Shown: positions 1-9,876 of the stretch, piece by piece
How positions within the stretch are numbered: the stretch's first letter is position 1
Layout: every line of letters begins with the position of its first letter
DNA from: an uncultured Planctomycetota bacterium
GTDB taxonomy: Bacteria; Planctomycetota; Planctomycetia; Isosphaerales; Isosphaeraceae
Reading direction: 5' to 3'
NCBI GenBank assembly: GCA_963823665.1
Contig: CAWGMQ010000004.1
Coordinates: forward strand, 3,011,606-3,075,605
DNA: 64,000 nucleotides
The notes under the pieces: generated by a model
Told to the model about the DNA's origin: nothing
Databases searched by the model: none
What the model saw: the letters and a program-made list of their open reading frames with translations, nothing else
Made by a program: the position numbers and the translations under genes

Positions 1-86
1 CAGACGTACATGCCGACCTTGCCGGGATGAACGGTCTGGAAGGGTTCTTTGGTCTGGGTGAGTGTGTTGTAGACGCGCAACGGCAT
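1..86 (-). CDS. cysS: cysteine--tRNA ligase, N-terminal part (runs off window)
   Basis: Reverse strand from ATG at 86 reads [29 protein letters not shown], the typical CysRS start; it follows ispF, a common arrangement. Confidence 0.85.
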   Translation of the reverse strand, partial: MPLRVYNTLTQTKEPFQTVHPGKVGMYV

Positions 87-103
87 GGAATTCGGAGACT
101 CCG

Positions 104-579
104 TCATTTGCTTGGCTCGATCAACACAACCGCCTGGCAAACCATCACCTCACCTCGGCCAACCGGCCCGGTGTGTTCCCCGGTTTTGGCTTTGACATTC
201 ACGGCCCCCTCTTCGAGACCGAGCAGCCTTGCCAGGTTCGCTCGGATCGCCGGCTTGTGGGGGCTTAGCTTCGGTTCCTGTGCGTGGATGATGACGTCGC
301 AATTTGACGGCACCCACCCGGCCTGCTTGATTCGTTCAACAACTTCGGCCAGCAACCTGGTGCTATCCAATCCGCGCCACTTGGGATCGGTGTCGGGTAG
401 TGCTCGCCGATATCGCCCATGCCGGCGGCGCCGAGCAGCGCGTCGGCGACAGCGTGGCAGACGACGTCGGCATCCGAGTGCCCGACCAGGCCCCGGGGAT
501 GGTCGATCCTGAGCCCACCCAGGAGAAGAGGGCGTCCCTCGCTTAGCTTATGCGTGTCATGCCCGATTCCCACCCGCAC
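104..579 (-). CDS. ispF: 2-C-methyl-D-erythritol 2,4-cyclodiphosphate synthase (1-nt frameshift near 396)
   Basis: [10 protein letters not shown]...GHSDADV...GDIGEHYP (ORF 265-597) continues as DSTRLL...NVKAKTGE (ORF 104-370); adding one C in the CCC run restores YPDTDPKW. Confidence 0.9.
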
Positions 580-599
580 CAGAACTAACCCCCCCATTT

Positions 600-625
600 G
601 TAGGAGTTACACTCCGTGTGCCGCC
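600..625 (+). repeat. degenerate REP-like element
   Basis: GTAGgagttACACTCCGTGTGCCG shares GTAG and a 15-nt core with the palindrome repeated inside dnaX. Confidence 0.4.
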
Positions 626-777
626 TGTCAGCCCTCAACGCTTAGTCATCTCAGAACGAGGATCGTAGCGTTTTCCACGCGACCCGGCTATCCCGGCAAA
701 TGAGCGGCTGCCTACCGACATTGTGGCAGGTCGTTTCCTGCCAATTACGCAAAAAATCCTTCAAGACCGGCAGCATC

Positions 778-807
778 TTGACAAGCGTACCCCTGTGACA
801 TTAGATT
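778..807 (+). promoter_or_regulatory. candidate sigma70 promoter for csrA
   Basis: TTGACA-N18-TAGATT. Confidence 0.45.
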
Positions 808-874
808 CACTAACGCAAATTAAGAGCTGTTTGCGACACTGCTTCGGGCGAATCGTGCGCGAGCCAGGTCACGA

Positions 875-890
875 TGGCATTCCACGTGCA
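875..890 (+). promoter_or_regulatory. candidate sigma54 (-24/-12) promoter for csrA
   Basis: TGGCAT-TCCAC-GTGCA has the GG-N10-GC spacing. Confidence 0.55.
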
Positions 891-913
891 GTAGAGCTCA
901 TTGCAGAAAAAAA

Positions 914-1030
914 ACGGAGCATGGACGAGCCCGGAGAGCAGCCCGATCCAATGGAAGATCGGGCTTGAAAGGACGCAGGGGGCATCATCGGAGGTAGACC
1001 CCTCGAGCCAACATTTTGAGACGAAGGAGC
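914..1030 (+). promoter_or_regulatory. cluster of CsrA-binding GGA motifs in the csrA leader
   Basis: Seven GGA motifs in about 115 nt (five match ANGGA); one lies in the loop of the perfect hairpin AGCCCGATC-caatGGAa-GATCGGGCT (940-965) and one overlaps the SD. Confidence 0.6.
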
Positions 1031-1035
1031 AGGCA

Positions 1036-1230
1036 ATGCTGGTTCTCAGCCGGAAGCTGAATGAGAAGATCGTCATCGACGGTGGAATCGTTGTGACGGT
1101 GGTGAAGATCGATCGCAACCAGGTCCGGTTGGGGATCGAGGCGCCCGCGAACGTGCGGATTTTCCGCGAGGAAATTGCCGCCGCAGAAGGCCACACGTCA
1201 TCCGAGCGACCCGTTGAAGTGGGTGTGTGA
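1036..1230 (+). CDS. csrA: carbon storage regulator CsrA
   Basis: MLVLSRKLNEKIVI...VRLGIEAP..V.IFREEI; AAGGAG SD upstream. Confidence 0.95.
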   Translation: MLVLSRKLNEKIVIDGGIVVTVVKIDRNQVRLGIEAPANVRIFREEIAAAEGHTSSERPVEVGV

Positions 1231-1492
1231 CGCCAACCGGTGCGATCGTTGATGCCAGCGCTCGCCGCCGCGGTCATCGCGCGGCGACAGTCTGGCGGCC
1301 TGGCGATTTCACACGTCTAACGGTGCGCAACCCGGCCGGCAGCCTCATTCAGTTTTCCCCCGCCGTCTTTGCCACGCCCCAGGCGATTTCACTCGACAAC
1401 GAATCGGTCGTAGAGTACCTTTTTGCGGTGTTCGACCGTTGTTTTACATCGCCCATAGGCGCCGCGGCGATTTCGCAAGAGGGTGACCCGTC

Positions 1493-2740
1493 ATGACCGA
1501 GCATCGTCACAGCGACCCGGACCGGGCCTGTTCGATCAACCGTCGCGGCTTTCTGGGCGCGACTGCCGGAGTGGCGGCCGCGACGTCGCTGGGCGCGGGG
1601 GCGAAGCCGCAGGCGCAGACCGCTCCCGCGGAAAAGCAATCCGCGGTTCTTCCCAAGCGCAAGCTGGGACGCACGGGTGTCGATGTATCGATCCTCAATC
1701 TGGGAACGTGGCGGAGTGTTGGGCTGGATCGGATCCTCCGTTTTGCGTGGGCTAACGGCGTCCGCTACGTCGACACGGCCCAGAGCTACGGTTCCGAGCC
1801 CGCGATCGGGCGCTGGCTACAAACCATGCCGGAGGTCCGCAACGATCTGTTCCTCGTTACCAAGGACCATCCCAACACGCCGCGCGAGCTGATCAAGAAG
1901 CTCGATCAGCGGCTCGCAGCGCTGCAAACCGACTACGTCGATTTGATCTTTATTCACGCGCTGTGTGACGAACACACCGAAACGCAGATCCAGTGGCCCG
2001 TCAGCAAGGAGTTCATGGAAACAGCCGAGGCGATTCGCAAGTCTGGGAAGGCAAAGTTTGTCGGGTTCTCGACGCACCACATTCGGCGGCCGGAGATTCT
2101 CGAGGCGGCTGCTCGAGGTGGGTTTGTCGACGCGATCATGCTGCAGAACAATCCCTGGATCGTCGAGGAACGACCATACCGGAACATCAACCGCGCACTC
2201 GACGCCTGCCACAAAGCCGGTATCGGTCTCATCTCGATGAAACAGCTCGCCGGGAATTACAACCTCGATTACGTCAGTCGAAAGCTTCCCGAGCTGGAGC
2301 AGAAGGGGCTGAAGCCCTATCAAGGATTGCTGCACGCCATCTGGACCGACGAGCGTTTTTCATCGTGCTGCGTATCGATGCGGAATACGGACCAGGTTCG
2401 CGAGAATGCGGAAGCGGCGCGGAAATTCAAGCCGTTGACGGCGGCCGAGATGACGCGGATGCGCGATGTGTTTCTCGCGGCCGGCCCAATGCTCTGCGCC
2501 GGATGCGACGGGCGGTGCAGCCACGCGGGAGGCACCACGGCCGAGCTGGGTAACCTCACGCGGTTCCTGACCTATCACGAGCATCACGGCTACCGCGGCG
2601 AAGCACGGCGGCTCTACTCCGAGATGACGGAAGCTGCCCGCGACTGGTCGGGCGCCGATCTGGAAGCCGCGCGGCAAGCTTGTCCGAGCAAGCTCGACTT
2701 CGCCAGCCTTCTCCCCAAGGCCGACCGGCTGCTGGGGTGA
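1493..2740 (+). CDS. Tat-exported aldo/keto reductase with C-terminal Cys (Fe-S-like) motif, copy 1
   Basis: NRRGFL twin-arginine signal; KLGRTG, DTAQSYG, LQTDYVDL AKR motifs; CAGCDGRC...CP. Confidence 0.85.
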   Translation: MTEHRHSDPDRACSINRRGFLGATAGVAAATSLGAGAKPQAQTAPAEKQSAVLPKRKLGRTGVDVSILNLGTWRSVGLDRILRFAWANGVRYVDTAQSYGSEPAIGRWLQTMPEVRNDLFLVTKDHPNTPRELIKKLDQRLAALQTDYVDLIFIHALCDEHTETQIQWPVSKEFMETAEAIRKSGKAKFVGFSTHHIRRPEILEAAARGGFVDAIMLQNNPWIVEERPYRNINRALDACHKAGIGLISMKQLAGNYNLDYVSRKLPELEQKGLKPYQGLLHAIWTDERFSSCCVSMRNTDQVRENAEAARKFKPLTAAEMTRMRDVFLAAGPMLCAGCDGRCSHAGGTTAELGNLTRFLTYHEHHGYRGEARRLYSEMTEAARDWSGADLEAARQACPSKLDFASLLPKADRLLG

Positions 2741-2784
2741 TCGAAGACCGACCACACCCCGTTAGCGCCCGGCGTCTCTAACCT

Positions 2785-2822
2785 GGCCGGCCCCGGCGAA
2801 GCCGTGGCGGGCCGGCCTTTCT
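2785..2822 (+). terminator. putative intrinsic terminator
   Basis: GGCCGGCC...GGCCGGCC hairpin followed by TTTCT after the first AKR gene. Confidence 0.35.
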
Positions 2823-2931
2823 GGGCGACTGTCGACACTCCGAAGAATCTCGGGTAGGTTATTTGTTACCTGTTTCATTCTTACGCCAGTGCGCAGAGAG
2901 ACGCCGCGATTCCGCGAGAGGAGAATCCGTC

Positions 2932-4170
2932 ATGAGCGACCACCATGATCAGGCCTGCAATGGAGCCTGTTCAATCAACCGTCGTGGCTTCCTAGGGGCA
3001 AGTGCGGGCATCGCCGCGGCGGCGTCGCTGGGGCAGGGCGGTGAAGCCGAGGCTCAGACCGCGGCCAAGACAACGCAGTCGACGCCGCTACTCAAGCGGA
3101 AGCTCGGCCGCACCGGTGTGGAGGTCTCGATTCTCAACTTCGGGACATATCAGCCCGATAGCCTCAACCGGCTTTTGCCCTTTGCGTGGTCTCTTGGCGT
3201 CCGGTACGTCGACACCGCTCAGAGCTACGGATCTGAGCCCGCCATCGCCAAGTGGTTGAAGACCTCACCGGAGATGCGGAAGGAATTGTTCCTGGTCACC
3301 AAGGACACGCCGCACACGCCGCGGGAGTTGATCGCGAAGCTCGACGAGCGCCTGGAGGCGCTCCAGACCGATTACATCGACCTGATCTTCATCCACGCCG
3401 TCGGCGACCACAACACGAACGCTCAGGTCGAGTGGCCGGCGAGCAAGGAATTCAAGGAGACTGCCGAGGCGATTCGCAAGTCGGGCAAGGCGAAGTTCGT
3501 CGGGTTCTCGACCCATCACGCGCGGCGGCCGGAGATTTTGCAAAACGCGGCGAAGGGCGGTTTCGTCGACGCGATCATGTTGCAGAATAACCCCTGGAGC
3601 GCCAAGGAAGACGACATGAACCGGGCTCTTGACGCCTGTCACAAAGCGGGCATCGGCCTGGTCTCGATGAAGCAGATGGCCGGAAACGTGAACCTCGCCT
3701 ACGTCGAGCGAAATCTGCCGGAACTCAAGGAAAAGGGACTCAAGCCGTATCAGGGACTGTTGCACGCGATCTGGACGGACGAGCGGTTTTCGGCGTGCTG
3801 CGTGTCGATGCGCAATACTGACCAGTTGCGCGACAACGCTGAAGCGGCCTGCAAGTTCAAGCCGCTGGAAACCGGGCTGATGGACCGGATGCGCGACGTT
3901 TTCGTGGCGGCAGGCAAGACGCTTTGCAATGGCTGCGACGGTCGTTGCAGCCACGCCGCCGGCACGACGGCCGAGCTTGGCAACCTCACACGTTACCTGA
4001 CGTACCACGAGCATCACGGCGACCGCCAGGAAGCTCGCCGGCTTTATTCCGCGATGTCCGAGGCCGCACGTGCCTGGTCGGGAGCCGACCTCGAGGCCGC
4101 GCGGCAGGCTTGCCCGAGCAAGCTTGACTTCGCCAGTCTTTTGCCGAAGGCAGATGAGCTGCTCGGCTGA
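2932..4170 (+). CDS. Tat-exported aldo/keto reductase, copy 2 (tandem paralog)
   Basis: Same motifs as copy 1 and colinear over the whole length; GAGGAG SD before ATG 2932. Confidence 0.85.
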   Translation: MSDHHDQACNGACSINRRGFLGASAGIAAAASLGQGGEAEAQTAAKTTQSTPLLKRKLGRTGVEVSILNFGTYQPDSLNRLLPFAWSLGVRYVDTAQSYGSEPAIAKWLKTSPEMRKELFLVTKDTPHTPRELIAKLDERLEALQTDYIDLIFIHAVGDHNTNAQVEWPASKEFKETAEAIRKSGKAKFVGFSTHHARRPEILQNAAKGGFVDAIMLQNNPWSAKEDDMNRALDACHKAGIGLVSMKQMAGNVNLAYVERNLPELKEKGLKPYQGLLHAIWTDERFSACCVSMRNTDQLRDNAEAACKFKPLETGLMDRMRDVFVAAGKTLCNGCDGRCSHAAGTTAELGNLTRYLTYHEHHGDRQEARRLYSAMSEAARAWSGADLEAARQACPSKLDFASLLPKADELLG

Positions 4171-4194
4171 GGCCCGAGCGTCAGACGACCAGAG

Positions 4195-4245
4195 GAAAAA
4201 GAAGGCCGGCCGGCCCGCATCTCTGCGGACCGGGCCGGCCTGTTC
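4195..4245. terminator. GC-rich hairpin, possibly a bidirectional terminator
   Basis: GGCCGGCC..CCGCA-tctc-TGCGG..GGCCGGCC flanked by an A-rich run and TGTTC. Confidence 0.4.
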
Positions 4246-4358
4246 AGTCCGTGGTCGTGGGAAAACCTGAGAAGCGGTCCTGGCGGAGTTGGGAAGGTGG
4301 GAGGGGGGCGAAGCGGGTTTAGACGAATCGTCTCCGCTGGACGAAAAGTCGAATTCTC

Positions 4359-4387
4359 TTGGCTTCCATCCGCAGACGATATAAGAT
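4359..4387 (+). promoter_or_regulatory. candidate sigma70 promoter for rpsU
   Basis: TTGGCT-N17-TAAGAT. Confidence 0.35.
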
Positions 4388-4576
4388 CTAGGGTTCCCAA
4401 TCGCTTCCGGGTGTAGCCCCAGCGGAGCCTCGGGGTCGTCGGGGCGATCGAAGTCGGGAGCGGTCGACGAGGCGGGCTGCGCGGGAGTTCACGAGCGAGC
4501 GCGCTCGGCTGCGGCGCTTCGGGTCTTGTTTTATTCCGGTTGGTTTCATTTTCGAGAGGAGTAGGAGTTTCGGCCT

Positions 4577-4771
4577 ATGGTGAAGTTACGGGTTCGTGCC
4601 GGTGAGTCGATTCAGGAGGCGGTGCGCCGCTTCCGCAAGCTTTGTGAACGCAGCGGATTACGCAAGGAGATGCGCCGCAAAGCCTACTATGAAAAGCCCA
4701 GCGAACGAAGGCGCCGCGAAGAGCTGAAACGCTTACGCAAGGCTCGCCAGCATATGACCTCTCGGGTCTGA
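4577..4771 (+). CDS. rpsU: 30S ribosomal protein S21
   Basis: [12 protein letters not shown]...[11 protein letters not shown]. Confidence 0.95.
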   Translation: MVKLRVRAGESIQEAVRRFRKLCERSGLRKEMRRKAYYEKPSERRRREELKRLRKARQHMTSRV

Positions 4772-4873
4772 CCGAACAGGACAAAAGGCCGACTTCGCTC
4801 CGCTTCTAACCGACACGCGCCGGAACGATTGAGTTCGAGGCGCCGGGCCGGCCCGGAGTGATTGCTCCTCCCG

Positions 4874-6313
4874 TTACACTCGCACTGCGGCATCGTCGAG
4901 ATCGATGGCGTCCGTGATCGGGTAGCGCCGGCGAATCGGGTCGATGACGCTCGCGACGAATTCGTCAACCTGGGCGGCCGAGCGGCCGGTGTATCGGCTG
5001 GGGTCGAGAATACGGTCGAAATCGAGGCGAGGAAACGCCGCATCGCTGCGAATGCGGTCGAACAGGTCGTTCCGGGCAGCTCCTTGGTTCAACTGCTCGG
5101 AAGCCGCGATTGAGTGAACCCTGATCCGCTCGTGGAGTGCCTGGCGGTCGCCGCCGGCCTGGACCGCGGCCATGAGCAGGTTTTCGGTTGCCATGAACGG
5201 GAGCTGTTCGGCGACATGCCGCGCGATCACAGCGGGATGCACCACCAAACCGTGGGCGATATTCAAGTAAAGGTTGAGGATCGCATCCACCGCCAGAAAC
5301 GCCTGAGGGATGACCAGCCGACGAATCGCACTGTCGTCGAGCGTGCGCTCGAGCCACTGGGTGGCCGCTGTCTGGCTTCCGGCCGGAGCCAGCGCCAGCG
5401 TGAACCGGGCAAGCGAGCACATCCGCTCCGCCCGCATCGGATTGCGCTTGTAAGCCATCGCGGATGAGCCGATTTGCTCGGACTCGAATGGCTCTTCGAC
5501 CTCGCGTTCGTGCGCGAGCAGACGCAGATCCGTACCGAAGCGATGGCCGCTTTCGGCGAGGCCGGCCAGGGTGGAGAGCACCTGGGCGTCGACCTTCCGC
5601 GAGTACGTCTGACCGGAGACCGGGTAGACCTCCGAGAATTCAAATGCCGCGGCCACCCGTCTGTCGAGCTCGACGACCTTGGCATCGTCACCATCAAAAA
5701 GCTCGAGGAAACTGGCCTGAGTTCCTGTGGTCCCCTTTGCGCCGAGGAATTTGAGTCCGGCGATCCGTTGGTCGATTTCTTCCAGGTCCAGAACCAGCTC
5801 GTGGCACCAGAGCGAGGCCCGCTTGCCCACCGTGACCAGTTGGGCCGGCTGAAAATGGGTGTAGCCCAGGCAGGGCAGGTCCTTCCACGTCCGCGCGAAG
5901 GCAGCGAGTGCATCGATCGCCGCGACGGTCTTCTGGTGCACGAGCGCAAGGGCCCCCCGCATCAGAATCAGATCAGCGTTGTCGGTGACGTAGCAGCTCG
6001 TGGCGCCCAGGTGAATGATCGCGCGGGCGGCAGGGGCTGCATCCGCGAACGCATGAACGTGCGCCATGACGTCGTGTCGGAATCGCTTTTCGTAAGCATC
6101 CGCGCGATCGAAATCGATTGTATCGACCTGGTCGCGAAGCGCGGCAATCTGAGTGTCGGTGATTGAAAGCCCGAGCGCTTGCTGTGCCTCGGCGAGGGCG
6201 ACCCAGAGCCTCCGCCAGATCGAGAACTTGGTCTGCGGCGACCAGAGCCGCGCCATGCCCGGGCTGGCATACCGAATAATCAACGGATTTTCATAGATAT
6301 CATTCTGGCTCAT
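4874..6313 (-). CDS. purB: adenylosuccinate lyase
   Basis: RHDVMAHVH, IHLGATS, GYTHFQPAQ, GSSAMAYKRNP signature. Confidence 0.95.
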   Translation of the reverse strand: MSQNDIYENPLIIRYASPGMARLWSPQTKFSIWRRLWVALAEAQQALGLSITDTQIAALRDQVDTIDFDRADAYEKRFRHDVMAHVHAFADAAPAARAIIHLGATSCYVTDNADLILMRGALALVHQKTVAAIDALAAFARTWKDLPCLGYTHFQPAQLVTVGKRASLWCHELVLDLEEIDQRIAGLKFLGAKGTTGTQASFLELFDGDDAKVVELDRRVAAAFEFSEVYPVSGQTYSRKVDAQVLSTLAGLAESGHRFGTDLRLLAHEREVEEPFESEQIGSSAMAYKRNPMRAERMCSLARFTLALAPAGSQTAATQWLERTLDDSAIRRLVIPQAFLAVDAILNLYLNIAHGLVVHPAVIARHVAEQLPFMATENLLMAAVQAGGDRQALHERIRVHSIAASEQLNQGAARNDLFDRIRSDAAFPRLDFDRILDPSRYTGRSAAQVDEFVASVIDPIRRRYPITDAIDLDDAAVRV

Positions 6314-6438
6314 TGTGGGACGATCCTCTCCCGGACGACGCTATCGTAGCGCACGACCAAGCTCCGGGGCAAGTGGTTGCCGGCGGGGAAATCGACACAA
6401 GACTATGTCGCAAAGGCGTTTGGAGATGGTTTTCCATA

Positions 6439-6465
6439 TTTTTCGCAATTATTCTTGTAAAAAAA
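6439..6465. promoter_or_regulatory. candidate operator (AT-rich dyad) upstream of the suf operon
   Basis: TTTTcGCAA-ttattc-TTGtAAAA imperfect inverted repeat. Confidence 0.35.
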
Positions 6466-6586
6466 GCGAAAAAGGGATCTGGCGCGATGGACGGCACGGG
6501 GTTCGGCTTTCTAGAATGAGGGAGTCGAGCGTTTGCTATCGTTCGGTCTGCGTGTTGTTTTTCGCTGGTTCGACGCGGAGGTTCCG

Positions 6587-7225
6587 ATGTCCGAATCGTC
6601 GGATCGAGGATTGCTGGATCTGATCCGCCGGAGCGGCCCGCTCACGGTTGTGGAGATGGGTGCGCGTCTGGGTGTGACGGGCACAGCCGTGCGGAACCGG
6701 CTGGCGCGGTTGCTGGGGATGGGGCTGGTTGAGCGGAAGTCCGAGCACCAGGGGCGCGGCCGACCGCGGCACACGTACGAGGCGAGCGTCCTGGCGCGGA
6801 AGCAGCTTGGCCAGAACTATGCCGACTTGGCGGTTGCGCTGTGGGACGAGCTGATGGGCACCATCGCCGACCGCAAGCTGCGCCGGCACTTGTTTATCCG
6901 GGTGACCGAGCGGATGGCTGAGACGTATCGGGCGCAGGTCAGCGGCCAGGAATGGGAAGGGCGGCTCGTGCAGCTCACCGGCTTGCTGGTCGATCGGGGT
7001 GTCGAGGCCGAAGTTGCCGAGGGTGCGCGGGGGGCGATTCCGCTCTTGCGCCAGCATTCGTGCCCTTACTACGAGCTTGCCGAGGCCGATCGATCGATCT
7101 GTGCGCTCGAGCGGAAGATGTTTGAGAAAGTGCTGGGGCGAGGCCTCAAGCTCAGCCAGTGCCGGCTAGACGGTGACCGATTCTGTGATTTCGAGGCGAA
7201 GCCCGCGCCTACTTCGCAAACGTGA
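6587..7225 (+). CDS. sufR: SufR-like HTH Fe-S-sensing transcriptional regulator
   Basis: N-terminal HTH with GRGRP wing; C-terminal HSCPY..C..C..C; first gene of the suf cluster. Confidence 0.75.
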   Translation: MSESSDRGLLDLIRRSGPLTVVEMGARLGVTGTAVRNRLARLLGMGLVERKSEHQGRGRPRHTYEASVLARKQLGQNYADLAVALWDELMGTIADRKLRRHLFIRVTERMAETYRAQVSGQEWEGRLVQLTGLLVDRGVEAEVAEGARGAIPLLRQHSCPYYELAEADRSICALERKMFEKVLGRGLKLSQCRLDGDRFCDFEAKPAPTSQT

Positions 7226-7287
7226 CGATTGGTAGATGAGACTTCTCGGGCCAACTCAAGACGGGTGTCCAACAGGAAGAAAGAGTG

Positions 7288-8127
<840 letters not shown>

Positions 8128-8159
8128 CTTTCGGAATCACTTACCAAGGAATGCTTGCC

Positions 8160-9578
8160 ATGTCGACCGATCTGAACCTGCAAGTAGCGGGCATCAAAGA
8201 CGACTACAAGTACGGCTTCCACGACTCGGAGGAGAACTATTCGTTCAAGAGCGGCAAGGGATTGACGCGCGAGATCGTCTGCCAGATCTCGGAGATGAAG
8301 AGCGAGCCGGGCTGGATGCGCGACTTCCGCCTCAAGGCGCTTGACGTCTTCAATGCCAAGCCGATGCCGAGCTGGGGGGGCGACCTCTCGCACCTCAATT
8401 TCGACGATATCCACTACTACATGAAGGCGGCGGACCGCCAGGGAAAGAGCTGGGACGATGTTCCGGCCGAGATCAAGAGAACGTTCGACAAGCTGGGAAT
8501 TCCAGAGGCCGAGCGCAAGTTCCTGGCAGGTGTGGGCGCCCAGTACGAGTCAGAGGTCGTTTATCACAGCCTCCGCGAAGACCTGCAGAAAAAGGGCGTG
8601 CTCTTCACCGACACCGACACGGCGATTCGTGAGCATTCCGACCTCGTGCGCGAGTATTTCGGCACGATCATCCCGATCGAGGACAACAAGTTTGCCGCGC
8701 TCAACTCGGCCGTGTGGAGCGGCGGCTCGTTCGTGTATATCCCCTCGGGCGTGAAGGTTGACATTCCGCTTCAGGCTTATTTCCGGATCAACGCCGAGAA
8801 CATGGGGCAGTTCGAGCGTACTCTGATCATCGTCGAGGAAGGGGCGCAGGTCCACTACGTCGAGGGTTGCACGGCGCCGATCTACACGTCCGAAAGCCTG
8901 CATTCGGCGGTGGTCGAGATCGTGGTGAAGAAGCACGGGCGGTGCCGGTACACGACGATCCAGAACTGGGCGAACAACATCTACAACCTGGTCACCAAGC
9001 GAGCGGTGGCCCACGAGGATGCCTTGATGGAATGGGTCGACGGCAATCTGGGGAGCCGGCTGACCATGAAGTATCCGTCGGTTTACATGGTGGGCAAGGG
9101 GGCGCGGGGCGAGATCCTTTCGATCGCGTTTGCGGGCAAGGGGCAGCACCAGGACGCCGGCGGCAAAGTCGTTCATGCCGCGCCTTACACCAGCTCGCGG
9201 ATCATCTCCAAGAGCATCAGCAAGAACGGCGGGCGGCGCCAGCTATCGCGGGCTCTTGAAGGTTGCGCAGCGGGGCCGTCGGGTCGAAGTCGAACGTTGT
9301 CTGCGACGCCTTGATCCTGGACGCAGCACAGCCGGTCGGATACGTATCCCTATATCGAGATTGATGAAGACGACGTCAAGATCGGGCACGAGGCGAGCGT
9401 CTCGAAGATCGGCGAGGAGCAGCTCTTCTACCTGATGAGCCGCGGGCTCTCCGATGCCGAGGCGTCGACCTTGATCGTGAGCGGCTTCATCGAGCCGCTC
9501 GTCAAGGAACTGCCGATGGAATACGCGGTGGAGATGAACAAGCTGATTCAGCTTCAGATGGAAGGCTCGGTGGGGTGA
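8160..9578 (+). CDS. sufB: Fe-S cluster assembly protein SufB (three +1 indels at about 9235-9325)
   Basis: GAQYESE, GQFERTL, EGCTAP, LHSAVVE; removing three extra bases gives ASYRGL...CDALILD...SDTYP...[10 protein letters not shown]...QMEGSVG*, whose stop is in the start frame. Confidence 0.92.
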
Positions 9579-9592
9579 GAGGGGACTTTGAC

Positions 9593-9790
9593 ATGAGTTC
9601 AGCCGTTCAAGCACTAAACGACGCTTACGATCGACTGACATCTGAAGAGCGCCGTGAGGCGGTATGCGAGATTCTCCGCCGCGAAAAGCTCGCAGATTAC
9701 CCACCGCTTGACGACGAAATGATTGACCGGATTGCCGACGACTCGTTCCTGGAAAATGACGTGCGCGAGTTCGTTGATGTCGAGCACTGA
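9593..9790 (+). CDS. small acidic protein, putative antitoxin
   Basis: 65 aa with an acidic C-terminus (YPPLDDE...ADDSFLE); its end overlaps the start of a PemK/MazF-like remnant. Confidence 0.55.
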   Translation: MSSAVQALNDAYDRLTSEERREAVCEILRREKLADYPPLDDEMIDRIADDSFLENDVREFVDVEH

Positions 9791-9860
9791 TCGCGGCGAA
9801 GTCTGGATGGTTGACCTGGGGTATGTTGAAGATGCCGTGAGGCACTGGCTCGGTTTGTGA
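9777..9860 (+). pseudogene. internally deleted PemK/MazF-family toxin
   Basis: Translates to MSSTDRGEVWMVDLGY-VEDAVRHWLGL*: a PemK-like N-terminus (RGEVWxVDL) joined directly to a PemK-like C-terminus (VExAVRxxLGL). Confidence 0.7.
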
Positions 9861-9876
9861 TGAGAATCAAAGCGCG

